NCBI GenBank assembly: GCA_032718475.1
Contig: JAUCBJ010001802.1
Span: 1 to 64,000, forward strand
DNA from: Nemertoderma westbladi
Lineage: Eukaryota; Animalia; Xenacoelomorpha
DNA: 64,000 nt
Direction of reading: 5' to 3'
Of the stretch, positions 53,101-64,000 are shown one piece after another (the stretch's first letter is position 1; every line of letters starts with the position of its first letter). The position numbers were made by a program, and so were the translations under genes. The notes below the pieces were generated by a model, which saw only the letters and a list, made by a program, of their open reading frames with translations, was not told where the DNA came from and did no database searches.

Positions 53101-54119
53101 ATACTTTGCTCTGTCCAGTATAGGTTGTTATAATGAGCCCTGGATACGTAGTTGACACTTGGATTATATATCAGTGGAATGTTCCATTAACCTTTACATT
53201 ATATAGCCAATAAGGGAGATGCCTAACTTTAGGAATGTTGGTATTGGTCCGATGACGAGGAGTTGGCTCATATGATGATTTGATTGGATGCCCCTACAGT
53301 ACAGGCCACCAGAAAACGCAGATTTGTACAATTGTGAACACATTTTATCAAATGTGTACCAGTGTAATGTAATGTTGTTGAAGGGGACAATTGAACATAA
53401 TTGAACATAATTGAAATGGCAACAACCAAATTTTTTTCGCCAAAGGATACAATTGAATACTTTTGAAACACTTAGTAATCTGGAAACTCTCTGTAGTTTG
53501 CCGCTAACTGTCACTCACTGCAGCTGGAAATGCGATAAGGATTTTGTTTACCTTTATAGTGTGCGGTTAATAGTGTCTAGTAGGCAGGCCTATAGTTAGT
53601 GATGTTAAGGAATCTTCTGGTGTTTCTCTGTGCCCTCTCGGTGTCAGACTAGGCGCGCCATCTCCCTGCACTAAATTAATTATTCAATGGTCTAGGCTCC
53701 TCCATCCATATACCCATCCACTCCCATACACTCAATGAACCTCCATGTTGTCTTGTATGTAGTTCTCTCTCTACCAATACAGCCCATGTCCGCAATGTTA
53801 CGCCCTGGGGGCTCTCTCGTCTACCTGATATCAGACATACAGGCGCACCGCACACAAAGCCTTTGTCGGTCCCAGCAAGTTAGCCTCCTGCTGTGTGATC
53901 TAGAAGATACCTCGCCATAACCTGCCAATCAGATGACTTGAACAAATGTGTTCACATGTGATCACATTGGATGAAATCTGCTTTTTCTGGTGGCCTGTAC
54001 TGTATATTGGACAGGTTGGAAATCATTACACAACCTATTTGGGACAGGTAGGAATAATAGAAAACCCCATAGAATTGAAGGGAAACACCCTATTCTGGAC
54101 AATGATGTAGACACTACTC
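50163..54119. mobile_element. Large foldback element: ~1.6-kb near-perfect inverted arms, almost no spacer, 8-bp target duplication
   Basis: 50280-51770 mirrors 51771-53294, and 50166-50279 mirrors 54003-54116. GTTTATTA flanks both ends (50155-50162, 54120-54127). The arms contain ~130-bp subrepeats. Confidence 0.9.
53297..54002. mobile_element. Tc1/mariner-type MITE inserted in the right arm of the foldback
   Basis: TIR CAGTACAGGCCACCAGAAAA.GCAGATTT with TA on both sides. The left arm preserves the empty site (CCAATATAGGGG). Confidence 0.9.
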
Positions 54120-55229
54120 GTTTATTATGCGAAAGGGGTCTTACTGTATATCCTTTATTACAATTGAGCTTTAAGTCTGATTTGATGACAATATTATTAT
54201 AACGATGGCAATAGGCCCTATAGATACGATATGTAAATGGTGTACAGCAACCCACTGCCTGACATTACACTAACTGGCTGAATACAGATAGAATAATAAT
54301 TAACGATCTAATTAATGTACGTAACGTACATTAACGTAACCTATGTACTGTAGTTGTGGGTATTTATTTTCGCGTTCCACAATGTTGATAAAATCCAAAT
54401 ATTTCGAATATTGCACATCGAATCGTTTCCAACCTTTTATTCTTCAACAACTAGATATTAATTGATAAATAGTCGCATTTACAATTTTCCAATACATCAA
54501 GTGGTTTGAGTGGTTTTTCAAGTCTTTACAAGTCTTTTCTCAATACAAACATCTATCAGCTTTTTTAGACAAAAACTACTTAGTCTAAAGACATTTTCGT
54601 TATTAAGGCAAACCGAACAAAGCTGTTTCCACTAGGCCTCCAGTCATTCTCTAGCCCTGTATCGGTTCTCATGCCCGTTGTGTAGAAAGAAAGATATGAC
54701 TTTACATATTAGGCCTACTATTACGAAGCTATTTCTACATAAACAACATGTTCTAGAATATAGAGTAGGCCTATTCTACACTCCTAAGTCGAATCCATGT
54801 AACTGAAAAAAACACACTGTAGTTTTGAGTAAAATCGACTAAATTAAATTGATCTGTCTGGCAACGTATATAGGCCATGCGGCTTACATGCTTTTGAATT
54901 AGCTGACTTAAATAAAATCGTGTAAGTGCGATTTACATTAATTGATAGTGGTTCTATATTGAGAAGAAAATACAATAAGATATCATCTTTAGCTTCCAGA
55001 AGGATAACAAAATACAGTATAATAAATTTTTAGTTACATGGTTTAGTAGACTTATGAGGGTATTCTTCGTCATTTCATATATTATTTTCACATACGATCG
55101 GTTTGATATCACTTAGACTACTTGTAACCATTGATTCTTATACGATCGTTCGATTTTAAAGCATAAACCTCATCCATACAGCGTAACTTTCTTGAGTAGC
55201 GTGTGAGGTGCTCACTCTCTGACTACAGT

Positions 55230-58200
55230 ATGGAGGAGCATAAACTTACATCAGCATGTAATTTTATATGGAGACGCTTTTCTTCAGAAATATGTTGCAT
55301 GGGAATTTTGTTAGGCATGTTATTGTGGGAGTCACTGTGGGGATTCGATGAAATAAAAATATCGGCAGATAAACAACACGACCAGGTTCAAGAATTTTTT
55401 AAAAAACAGACCAAGGTGAGTTCATACAGTCACACAGTACAGTTTGTTACTGTACAGTACTGTACAGTACTGTTTCAATAAGTAGGCCTACTTACTATGA
55501 AGTCTGTATATCCATAAACATACTGTACATAGGCCTACATACTGTATCATACAGAATTATAATATATTTAATACACCGTCACTCCACCCCCCAACACTGC
55601 AACAATTAATATCAGTTCAATCCGATACAAATGCATTGATCCAATTACAGGATAGGTAAATACAGTAGGAGATTACAGTACGATTTCTATCGTACATTAC
55701 AGTATTAACCTGTTTACTGTAGGAATAACGCTGTATATACTTTTTTATTATTTAACTGTAGAATAATGTGGTTCCGTCGAACTGTGGGACGAGCAGCGAA
55801 GTCTAGGTGAACCTTTGCATAGTGGTATAATTAGTAAACCGTCTGTCGTCATAGTCGTTAGAAATGTTTGACCCTGAATAAAGTCGGTCAATCATTGATG
55901 AAATGCAATCTGGATGCAGTAGTTGATCAAAAGTTTCGGAAGTCAACACAAAGATTACAAAGAAAGACTGTGTACTGCTACGCAAAGGATCATCTAGACC
56001 TCGTGCTGTGCGAAGTATCCGCGAACGCGTATATCCTCCAAAACATTTAGGTCTATATGACAAATATCAACATAGAATTTTTCAGTATTTTACAGTACAA
56101 TACATAGTATAGGGTCTACTATAAATAACCATAAATATTATATTAAAGATTTACAAGGATGATTTGGATCAGGTAAAACAGAACAACAAAACAACATCAG
56201 TGTTAATTGACAAATACGCTCAGGATATTAGGGACATGAGAAATTGTGAAGAAGATATGAGACTCAATTTACGTAATCTTAGTCTATCGATTGAGTACGA
56301 AAAGGCGAAAAAGTTAAATAAGGAAAATATAAGTGATAATATTACAAAAAGGTAACGTTTTTATAATCACCATTTTATTTAATAGGAAATTATTAAAATA
56401 TTATTCTAATTACTTCTGAGATTTAAAACCCACTATGATTTACAGGAACATATCGATTACTTAATGTAGAACCCTAAGCTTACAATACTTTATATACTGT
56501 AACCACTACTGCACTGCTTAGAATATGAGCAATGAATGGCTTCGTAAAAGCACAAAAGCTTGAAAAAAGTGAAATTTAAAATTTAACAAAATTCACCCGA
56601 TAACTTTACTTTTAACTAATAAGTCGGACGCAGTACCACAAACTTGTATAAGAGGTTCATTACTTCTTCCTTTAAACCTGTATGCATGCAATTGATTACA
56701 ATATATACAGTAATATTATGCTGAATTAAAATATTATGAAAATTTTATATTAAGTTATGGGACATACAGTAGTTCTATGGTGTAGGCCTATAAGCATTAT
56801 ATTATTTAGAAATATTAACTCCAATGAAGAAGGTTCGGACGTGATACAATTAGGCAGAGACACACAAAGATTAGCTAATAACGAAGTTTGCATTATACCG
56901 TATTCAATGCAAGAACGTCAAACAGCTACCGGGTCCAAAACAGGATACCTTACAATGTCTCGTAGATCGTTAGTTATATTGTATACAGTAGCTCCATAGA
57001 ATAATATTTATATTGTTAAGAACTGTATATACAGTAATATATGTACTGTATGTAAACCATGAATAAGCATTATTTATAATTTTATTACGTATTTTTCTGC
57101 AGATTAAATAAAATTAATATCCGCTACTATTTAGTCAGTTACCTATAAATAGTCATAAATAGCCGTTTGGGGCGAGCCACGAGGTCTAGGTGAGCCTTCG
57201 CGATCGGTATAATTAGTGGATACTCTGTCGTAGTCGTTGGAAATATTTGAACGGTGATAAGTAGGTCAACAATTGATGGAATTGAATCAAACTGTACACT
57301 GTACACCTGTAGTGTATAAAAAGTTTAGAAATTCTACACATATACAGACTTATATAGTTCCTCTGACGGCCGCTAGGGGGAGTTACCAGGTCCACTAATT
57401 TTACTGCAAACGTATTTTATATAAACACCTGTGATTGTATTAATTAGGTTTATATAAACACCTGTGATTGTATTAATTAGGTTTATATAAACACCTGTGA
57501 TTGTATTAATTAGGTTTAAACACCTGTGATTGTATTAATTAGGTTTATATAAACACCTGTGATTGTATTAATTAGGTTTATATAAACACCTGTGCCGATT
57601 GTATTAATTAGGTATCTACAAGAGAAGTTTACTAAACTCCATGGAAGACATTCAATGCGGGACGAAGCAGATAACATTGACAGTGTGTTCTCTATTATTC
57701 AACCAAACCCCCGAAAATCCCACAATGAAAATCCAATTAGTCTTCCCAAGGTAAATGGCGTTGAGGATTTTGCATTAAAAACGAGATTCACTTTTTGGGC
57801 TCGGGACGAGATTCGCCCATATGAAGAATACAAAGGTTTTCACTTAACCAGTAAGGTCGAAACTCGTTCGTGGTTTGGAGAGATATGATATATTAATTTC
57901 AAGACAAATTGCGCGATTCCTAAATTTGTACACTACCCGGTTAAAAAGTACGCATGTGAGGGATTAGTCCTACAATTGCGCCAATAAAAGATAAGTTATT
58001 TTCGGTAAAAATAAACTTATCATTCGAGGTTAAGACCCCTAGATCCCTTCCTATAATAAATATAGGCTTGTTTCTATCTTATAACCGGTATTTGTAATAA
58101 TTCGTTTATTGTTTTGGTTATATTTGAACAGCCCTACTGTAACTTGGGTTTTTAGTGAAATCCTGATATTCTTTATATTATACAGTATAGTAAACTAGAA

Positions 58201-59473
58201 AGTGAAATAAAACAGCAGAAAGTCAGGTATACTTCACATGAGCCACGGGATTGGAATTCTTCATGGAATAGTGATTTAATTTTATACACATTTTTCTTGG
58301 GTGGGTGCAGTTCTGTGTGGCGGTGTAATGGATGAAACGGGTTTTGGGACACTTTATATCATTTTATTTAAAACTGTTACTATTACTGTGAAAAATTGAT
58401 ATAATAAAATGATTACACGAGGTAATTTATTACTTCTGATACCGGTAGTTTAGATATGTAAACGTAATTAAAAAAATAAGTTGTCCAAGTACAGTATTAC
58501 TACCAATTTTAATTTATTTAATTTAATTAGTTAATTAATTTGAAATTCAAATTTAAAAAATGAATTTGTATAGATTTTTCCATGGAGTGTTGAATGTTGA
58601 TCGTGTCAAAAGTCCCCCCCAACCCCCCCCCCCCACCCATCTGCGTTTTGTAGGGCGATGGTGATGTGTTTCAAAAATATGGTTTAAAAAATTTGGATAT
58701 ATAAAAGTATTTTAAGTTATTAACTAACTATACTTGATCAACAAAAACGATAGAGCTGTTTGAAAAAAATACAATTATAATATAGGCCTAACTAGTTTAA
58801 ATTACACAAATTTCATTCTTAAATTTGGAAAAAAAATAAAAAGTTTAAAAAAAGCGACCTTTGATTAAAACGATGTCATGTTGGGAACGCGAATGAAAGT
58901 GGGACATTTAAAATTTTTCAGATGTTTACATGTACAAACTCAGACGACTCAACTGAAATAAACAGATCGAGTGAATCCCCAAGCTCGTCGATGGGAACCC
59001 TGCGTTTACTATCGCGATTGTCTCAGCAAGTCAAAACAATGGTGGGGACTTGGGAACCAGAACCAAAGGAAAGATCCCAACAAAATCCAGATGTGGATGA
59101 ATCCATCATAGTTGGGGTAAATGGAAACACATCCATTATAGACAATGAGAGACAAGATGGAACAACGATTAGTGATGGTAGAAAAAGCGAGGAACAATTC
59201 CAGACATCGAAGATAGTGGATCCTGTGACCGAAGATACATGTACCGAGAGCAGGAATTTACTTGTGAATAATAAAGCAGAGCTAGAGGACGAATTCAATG
59301 TGTGGGAAGATGCTGTAGATGAACAGGAATGGATAGGTAATCAAACACCGGTGATTGGACCGATGTTAATATCCACATCAGAGATGCTCGCACCTGGCCA
59401 ATCAGACATCGAGAGTGATATAAGTAGCGGACATGCTGGAGGCTACACAGAAGAAGATTCAAAGGAAAACTAA
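55230..59473 (+). CDS. Probable multi-exon lineage-specific gene (~412 aa). Exons 55230-55415, 56149-56351, 56810-56968, 57612-57750, 58922-59473
   Basis: Each piece is bounded by AG/GT with consistent phases (0,2,2,0). The product has an N-terminal hydrophobic stretch, a coiled-coil-like region and an acidic C-terminus. No homolog recognised. Confidence 0.5.
57415..57612. repeat. 33-bp tandem repeat, ~6 copies
   Basis: Unit TTTATATAAACACCTGTGATTGTATTAATTAGG. Confidence 0.9.
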
Positions 59474-61123
59474 CGGAGAAAGCAATATAATGCAATGCAT
59501 CGATCGATAGAGACAAATTAAGGATCATCGGTAACGAAATAAATGTTGAAACATGTTGAACAATGATAATATTTTTTATTGAAGCTACTTGGTTGTACGA
59601 TCAACGCTTCTGCGTCTAATATCGCTTGTTTTACGTTGTTTATTAATTTCAATTTAATTAAATTTTAAACGTACTGTACACATAATAATTAGTAATAACA
59701 TATCTTAATTATCATTACTGTCGACCAACTTACACCTTTCCTTATTTTTTGTTGTTGTTTCAATGAAATTTTCAGAATTTGAGAAATTTAGTTTACCCTT
59801 ACATCGCCCACAGCCACACACTCTAGAATTAATACATCAAACGTCAAAACAATCAATCCGCTATTGGATAAAAATTCAATGACCAGGAAAATCCTTAAAT
59901 GCAAATTTTTAGCTTGGCAGTGTGCGCCAAGCTATATCATAGCGATAATATTGCACAATGAAATATTATGCAATGTATTATTATATTTCAATTTATTATT
60001 AAGTAAAAAATGAATAAACATTATCTATTTCAATATTATTCACTAATCTCGAGGTATTTTATTTACCGAGCGACATCGCGGTTAGTAAAGTGTCGACATA
60101 ATATTAAAAAAAAAAGGTTATACGTTTTTTTCGCATGTAAAACGTACTTTCTTTAAATAAAAAAAAAGAACGAACTGTGTTGACTGTAGTAGTACTTGAA
60201 ATTGAACTGCACTGTATTTTACTATATTGCTTCCATAGCTACTACGTTTCCAATTATTGTACTTTTCAACTCCTGATGCTGCCTTACTCAATGTTAAATA
60301 ATTTAGTGTTCTCGTATATTTATTACGTTAGAGAGCCGCTTAACTACATAAACCAATGTTGGATATTGAATGTGTGAATGGATTTTGCTCAAATTACTTG
60401 CAAACCTTTTCTACTTCGATGCTCTTTCAACACATGTAATAAAATTCAAGAAATTCCACGAAAATGTTTTGACATTTTCTATCTTCTTTGTTTCGCCAGG
60501 AAAAATGAACATTGCGGAACATTATTATATATTATATAATTACTCCACATTCTTATTGGAATATCTTACTAACAAGCACAACAAATGTTATATATTTTGT
60601 AAATTGCTACTAGTTTCTTCGTCATCTTAGCTGGAGATCAAGCCATAAACGAGATTCATATTTCAATTACAACCTTCGGCTACCCCGACACCACTCGTCC
60701 AACCACTTAAACAAATTATTAGGACAAGTGCAGTAGTTCAGAGTAGCCAGTTGAGGATAGCAAGGGATGGCAAAAAAAAAAACATAAAACCAAATGTTGA
60801 AAAGTTGTTCTAGACGTAACAAATCCGAAACAGTCAAAAGAATCACATCGAATTTAGATGCATTGTCCGAAACAATATAATATAAAAATAAGTGGCACTT
60901 GTTGGAAATATTCTACTGTGAATGAATAGTGAAAATTTGGCAAGGCATTTACCTCTAAAAGCACAACCCCCACTGATTAACAAAAATACAGTCTATGTAT
61001 CAAAATCAATGCAGGTGGAATTATGAATTAATTAAATACATAATAAAATAAACGTTGTTGCGGTCTTGCAGTATAGATGTGACGATATTCAACGGTCAAC
61101 GTGTTTGCAGTGATGTGATAGAA

Positions 61124-62170
61124 TTACTCTCTACCCTGTTCTAGAATGTTCAAGGCTTTCCTAAGATAGTCTACGGCAGTCGGTACGTCATCGTACTCCA
61201 AGGCGCTTTTGCAGTACATACAGTATTTCTGTGCCGCTTCAGAGAGGGCCGCGGTGAGGGGAGCGCCGTTGAGACAGGTACTAGGGGGTTCGGGTTGTTC
61301 GACGGATGGTTGGGGGACCCCGCGCCCGGTAGAGGGGGCAGGGGGTACCTGGGACGACGTGCCCAAAGAGGACGCCCCTGGCCCCAGACCAGACGCCCCT
61401 GGCCCCAGACCAGACGCTCCGGGCCCCAGGCCAGACGAGCCGGGTCCCGGACCAGACGCCCCGGGCCCCAGACCAGACGCCCCGGGCCCCAGACCAGACG
61501 CCCCGGGCCCCAGACCAGACGCCCCGGGCCCCAGACCAGACGCCCCGGGCCCCAGACCAGACGAGCCGGGTCCCAGACCAGACGCCCCGGGCCCCAGACC
61601 AGACTGCCCCGGTCCGATTTGGCCCATCGACCCTCCCACAAACCCGACCTCCGGACCGCTTATAGGATTGCCCTCCGCGTCCAACGGGCCAGCGTGCGGC
61701 GTCTCTCCTCGACTCAAGCACCCGTGGATATACGCAGCCTTAAACCTCGCGTATTTCCTCTTCTCTTCCGCTTCAGCCGGGATATCGTCAAACACGGAAA
61801 GAATATCGAATATGAGAGCGGAAGAGTAAAAGGATTTAACAACAGCCTTATTGAACTGTCCCGCTCGGTCGCGTGTATCCGCCCAGTTGAACAGTTTAAT
61901 CGCGTACTCTTCTATATATGCGGCGCCGACTACCTCATGGGTGACCTCTTCTCGGTCTCCCATAGACTTCTTCGCTTTCTCTAGTCTATCCATCAACCCG
62001 AGGAGGAAGGACTTTGCCTCCGGGGATTTACTGTCCAGTTTTATTGCGGTGTTCATTGCGTACATCCGGGAGTAGTACGCCACTACCGGGTCCCGGTTGT
62101 CGTGATCTTCCGCTGTCTTTAGGTGGTGCTTCACCTGGGAGAGACTCGGGGGGAGACTGGATGACGTCAT
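61124..62170 (-). CDS. VTA1: Vacuolar protein sorting-associated VTA1 (LIP5), intronless
   Basis: N-terminal MIT region (RDPVVAYYSRMYAM, LFNWADTRDRAG, KYARFKAAYIH.CL..GETP.AGP) and C-terminal VSL (AQKYC.Y..SALEYDDVPTAVDYL.KAL). Confidence 0.95.
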   Translation of the reverse strand: MTSSSLPPSLSQVKHHLKTAEDHDNRDPVVAYYSRMYAMNTAIKLDSKSPEAKSFLLGLMDRLEKAKKSMGDREEVTHEVVGAAYIEEYAIKLFNWADTRDRAGQFNKAVVKSFYSSALIFDILSVFDDIPAEAEEKRKYARFKAAYIHGCLSRGETPHAGPLDAEGNPISGPEVGFVGGSMGQIGPGQSGLGPGASGLGPGSSGLGPGASGLGPGASGLGPGASGLGPGASGLGPGASGPGPGSSGLGPGASGLGPGASGLGPGASSLGTSSQVPPAPSTGRGVPQPSVEQPEPPSTCLNGAPLTAALSEAAQKYCMYCKSALEYDDVPTAVDYLRKALNILEQGRE

Positions 62171-62390
62171 CTTACAAATGATTTCGATGTATCTAATAAA
62201 ACAATTTCTACTGTACTGTGTACTGGTGTAGGGCTGTAGGGTAATGTTTTATATCCAATCCAGTAATATATTTATTTATGTTCAGTAGCAGTCAGTAGAT
62301 AAAGAGTAATTTCCATTTCTGAAATAATTCAATATCTATCTATAGTCTAGAACTAGAATTACTTAGGCCCTTAGGGTAAAAAACAAAATC

Positions 62391-62882
62391 TTATCTTTCG
62401 CGTTTCACGATCTGCGTTTCTGATTCTTTACTATCCGACAGACCAGACTGTTGGGCAGCAGTATTCTCCAGACTCACATTTAGCGCTGATAGCTTCAGCT
62501 GTAACTGAACATCAGCAATGCTGTTTAAGGCTTGCAGTATCTGTTGTAACAAGCGCTCCCCCTGAGAAACAACCCTCCACAGTTCCCGACTAGCTTCCTC
62601 GTTCTCTCGGTTCAGCTGAGCGAGACTCGCGTTCTGTAGATCAGCGGACGAATCTTCGCTCGGCAACGAGTTGATTAAAGCGTCGATATCCTTTGCGGTC
62701 CTGACTATCAGCTCGCTGAACACTTTGCAGTGTTCCAAAGCCTCCAAGGACTGAACCTGCGGGTTGTTTATTTGGTTGAATTCGCCAGGGGTTGAACTTT
62801 GTTGGAGGACCCCGATAGCGTTGCACATGTGGTCAGAGAGTTGATTGACAGCGTCTTGAAGTTGAGTCAATCGATCGGCCAT
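62391..62882 (-). CDS. MED21: Mediator subunit 21, intronless
   Basis: MADRLTQLQDAVNQL..HMCNAIGVLQ, LIVRTAKDIDALINSLP, LNRENEEA..EL..VV..GE.LL..I..AL..IA. Confidence 0.96.
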   Translation of the reverse strand: MADRLTQLQDAVNQLSDHMCNAIGVLQQSSTPGEFNQINNPQVQSLEALEHCKVFSELIVRTAKDIDALINSLPSEDSSADLQNASLAQLNRENEEASRELWRVVSQGERLLQQILQALNSIADVQLQLKLSALNVSLENTAAQQSGLSDSKESETQIVKRER

Positions 62883-63257
62883 ATAACTGTAGGCTACTAC
62901 AGTACTAAGTACTGAAGTACCCGGTACCTGAGTACTGAAGTAATTGCCGTAATGAAATTATTTAATACCGTAGGCTACCTGTCAGCCTGCTGGTCTGTGC
63001 GCTATGCTGTCTGGCTCGGCTTCCTGGAAAACACGCAACAGCGCAACGGCGCAACAGCGCAACAGCGCAACAGCTCTATAACCAATGGGCAGCATTGGCG
63101 CAACAGCGCAACAACCTAAGATTGGTTTATACATTCCACTCTAAGTACATTCTGTTGCGTTCTATGACATTCCATTTCTGTAGCGCCGATGGCGCACCAG
63201 AGTAATAAATAAAGAAAGGTACTGTACGTTCTAAAAGGGATGCGACCTATAACAATC

Positions 63258-63340
63258 CTAGTACCAATATGGAACTCACTTCCCCAGTGACGTTATCGAA
63301 TCAGTAAGTGTTAAGTCCTTTTGTGACAAACTTAAAACTT
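63258..63340 (+). mobile_element. 3' remnant of a CR1/L2-type LINE
   Basis: Translates LVPIWNSLP / SDVIESVSVKSFCDKLK with a 1-nt frameshift, the typical WN.LP...S...F..KL tail. Confidence 0.6.
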
Positions 63341-63412
63341 GTAATTTATTAGAACATTGCCATTACAATAGATTCGATTAATTAGGACGCATGATCATTC
63401 ATTTATTTTTAG

Positions 63413-63557
63413 TTTCTACTCAGTATGCATAAACTTTTGTCCTTATAAAACACAAAATGTTTTTATAGAAGAGCGAACAGTATTTCTACTCAGTATGCAT
63501 AAACTTTTGTCCTTATAAAACACAAAAAATGTTTTTATAGAAGAGCGAACAGTATTT
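63413..63557. repeat. ~70-bp direct duplication
   Basis: TTTCTACTCAGTATGCATAAACTTTTGTCC...GAACAGTATTT occurs twice in tandem. Confidence 0.9.
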
Positions 63558-64000
63558 GATGGCGTGGTTATTTGTAATTATTGCTGTTTCTAATTCAGTG
63601 TATTTAAATGTAAATTGTTGATTTCAATAGTTATTTGTTTTATTTTATAATTTTAATAAAAAGAGAGTTCAATTCAATACAATCCAATGCAGAGCTATAC
63701 CGAGCTAAAACCGTCCTACCATAACTATAGTGATGCCATAGAGATAACAAGTGCAACCAATCATGGTAGACAATTTAGTCTCCCCCTTCCCTTGTCAAGG
63801 GGTTAACATACTGTATTAAATATATCCTTGCCCTCTCGTGAACAAAAGCAATGGAGAATCGATAAGAACCATCGGCCTATTTCCTTTGTAAACTACTTTT
63901 GAACTCGAAACATTATTTACACATTTTAGCGCGCGCAGCAACGCATGAAGTGAAGAATATGTAGTCTTAGCGTATGCCACTACATAGAGTATACAGGTAT

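Noticed and set aside
50005-54255. Duplicated short ORFs (…GIQSNHHMSQLLVIG…)
   Set aside because: Mirror translations of the foldback arms; no transposase motifs.
58186-58226. Possible micro-exon YSKLESEIKQQKV
   Set aside because: The best donor gives phase 2, which is incompatible with the 58922 exon. It would work only with a weak GTCAGG donor, so it was left out.
61171-62075. Alternative-frame and antisense ORFs over VTA1
   Set aside because: Shadows of the GC-rich 21-bp coding repeat.

Overview
This is animal (invertebrate-like) nuclear DNA, not prokaryotic. It has GT-AG introns, AT-rich intergenic DNA and many minisatellites and non-autonomous transposons. The left half holds most of a CELSR/Flamingo adhesion GPCR gene (8 coding exons reconstructed, 3359-28963; the 5' end was not found in the window), with an intronless KIAA2013 homolog nested on the same strand in one intron. 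After it come a 9-finger C2H2 gene, a Trp-rich orphan ORF, and an intronless eIF2-alpha kinase (44929-47055, minus). The kinase joins six JAZ/matrin-type (dsRNA-binding class) zinc fingers to a PERK-like catalytic domain with no signal peptide or membrane segment. It is a candidate convergently built PKR analog and the most notable feature here. It lies between a ~4 kb foldback element upstream and a smaller inverted repeat in its probable 3' UTR. The right end has a probable lineage-specific multi-exon gene and a tightly spaced, operon-like MED21-VTA1 pair. All assignments come from reading motifs by eye; no searches were run.
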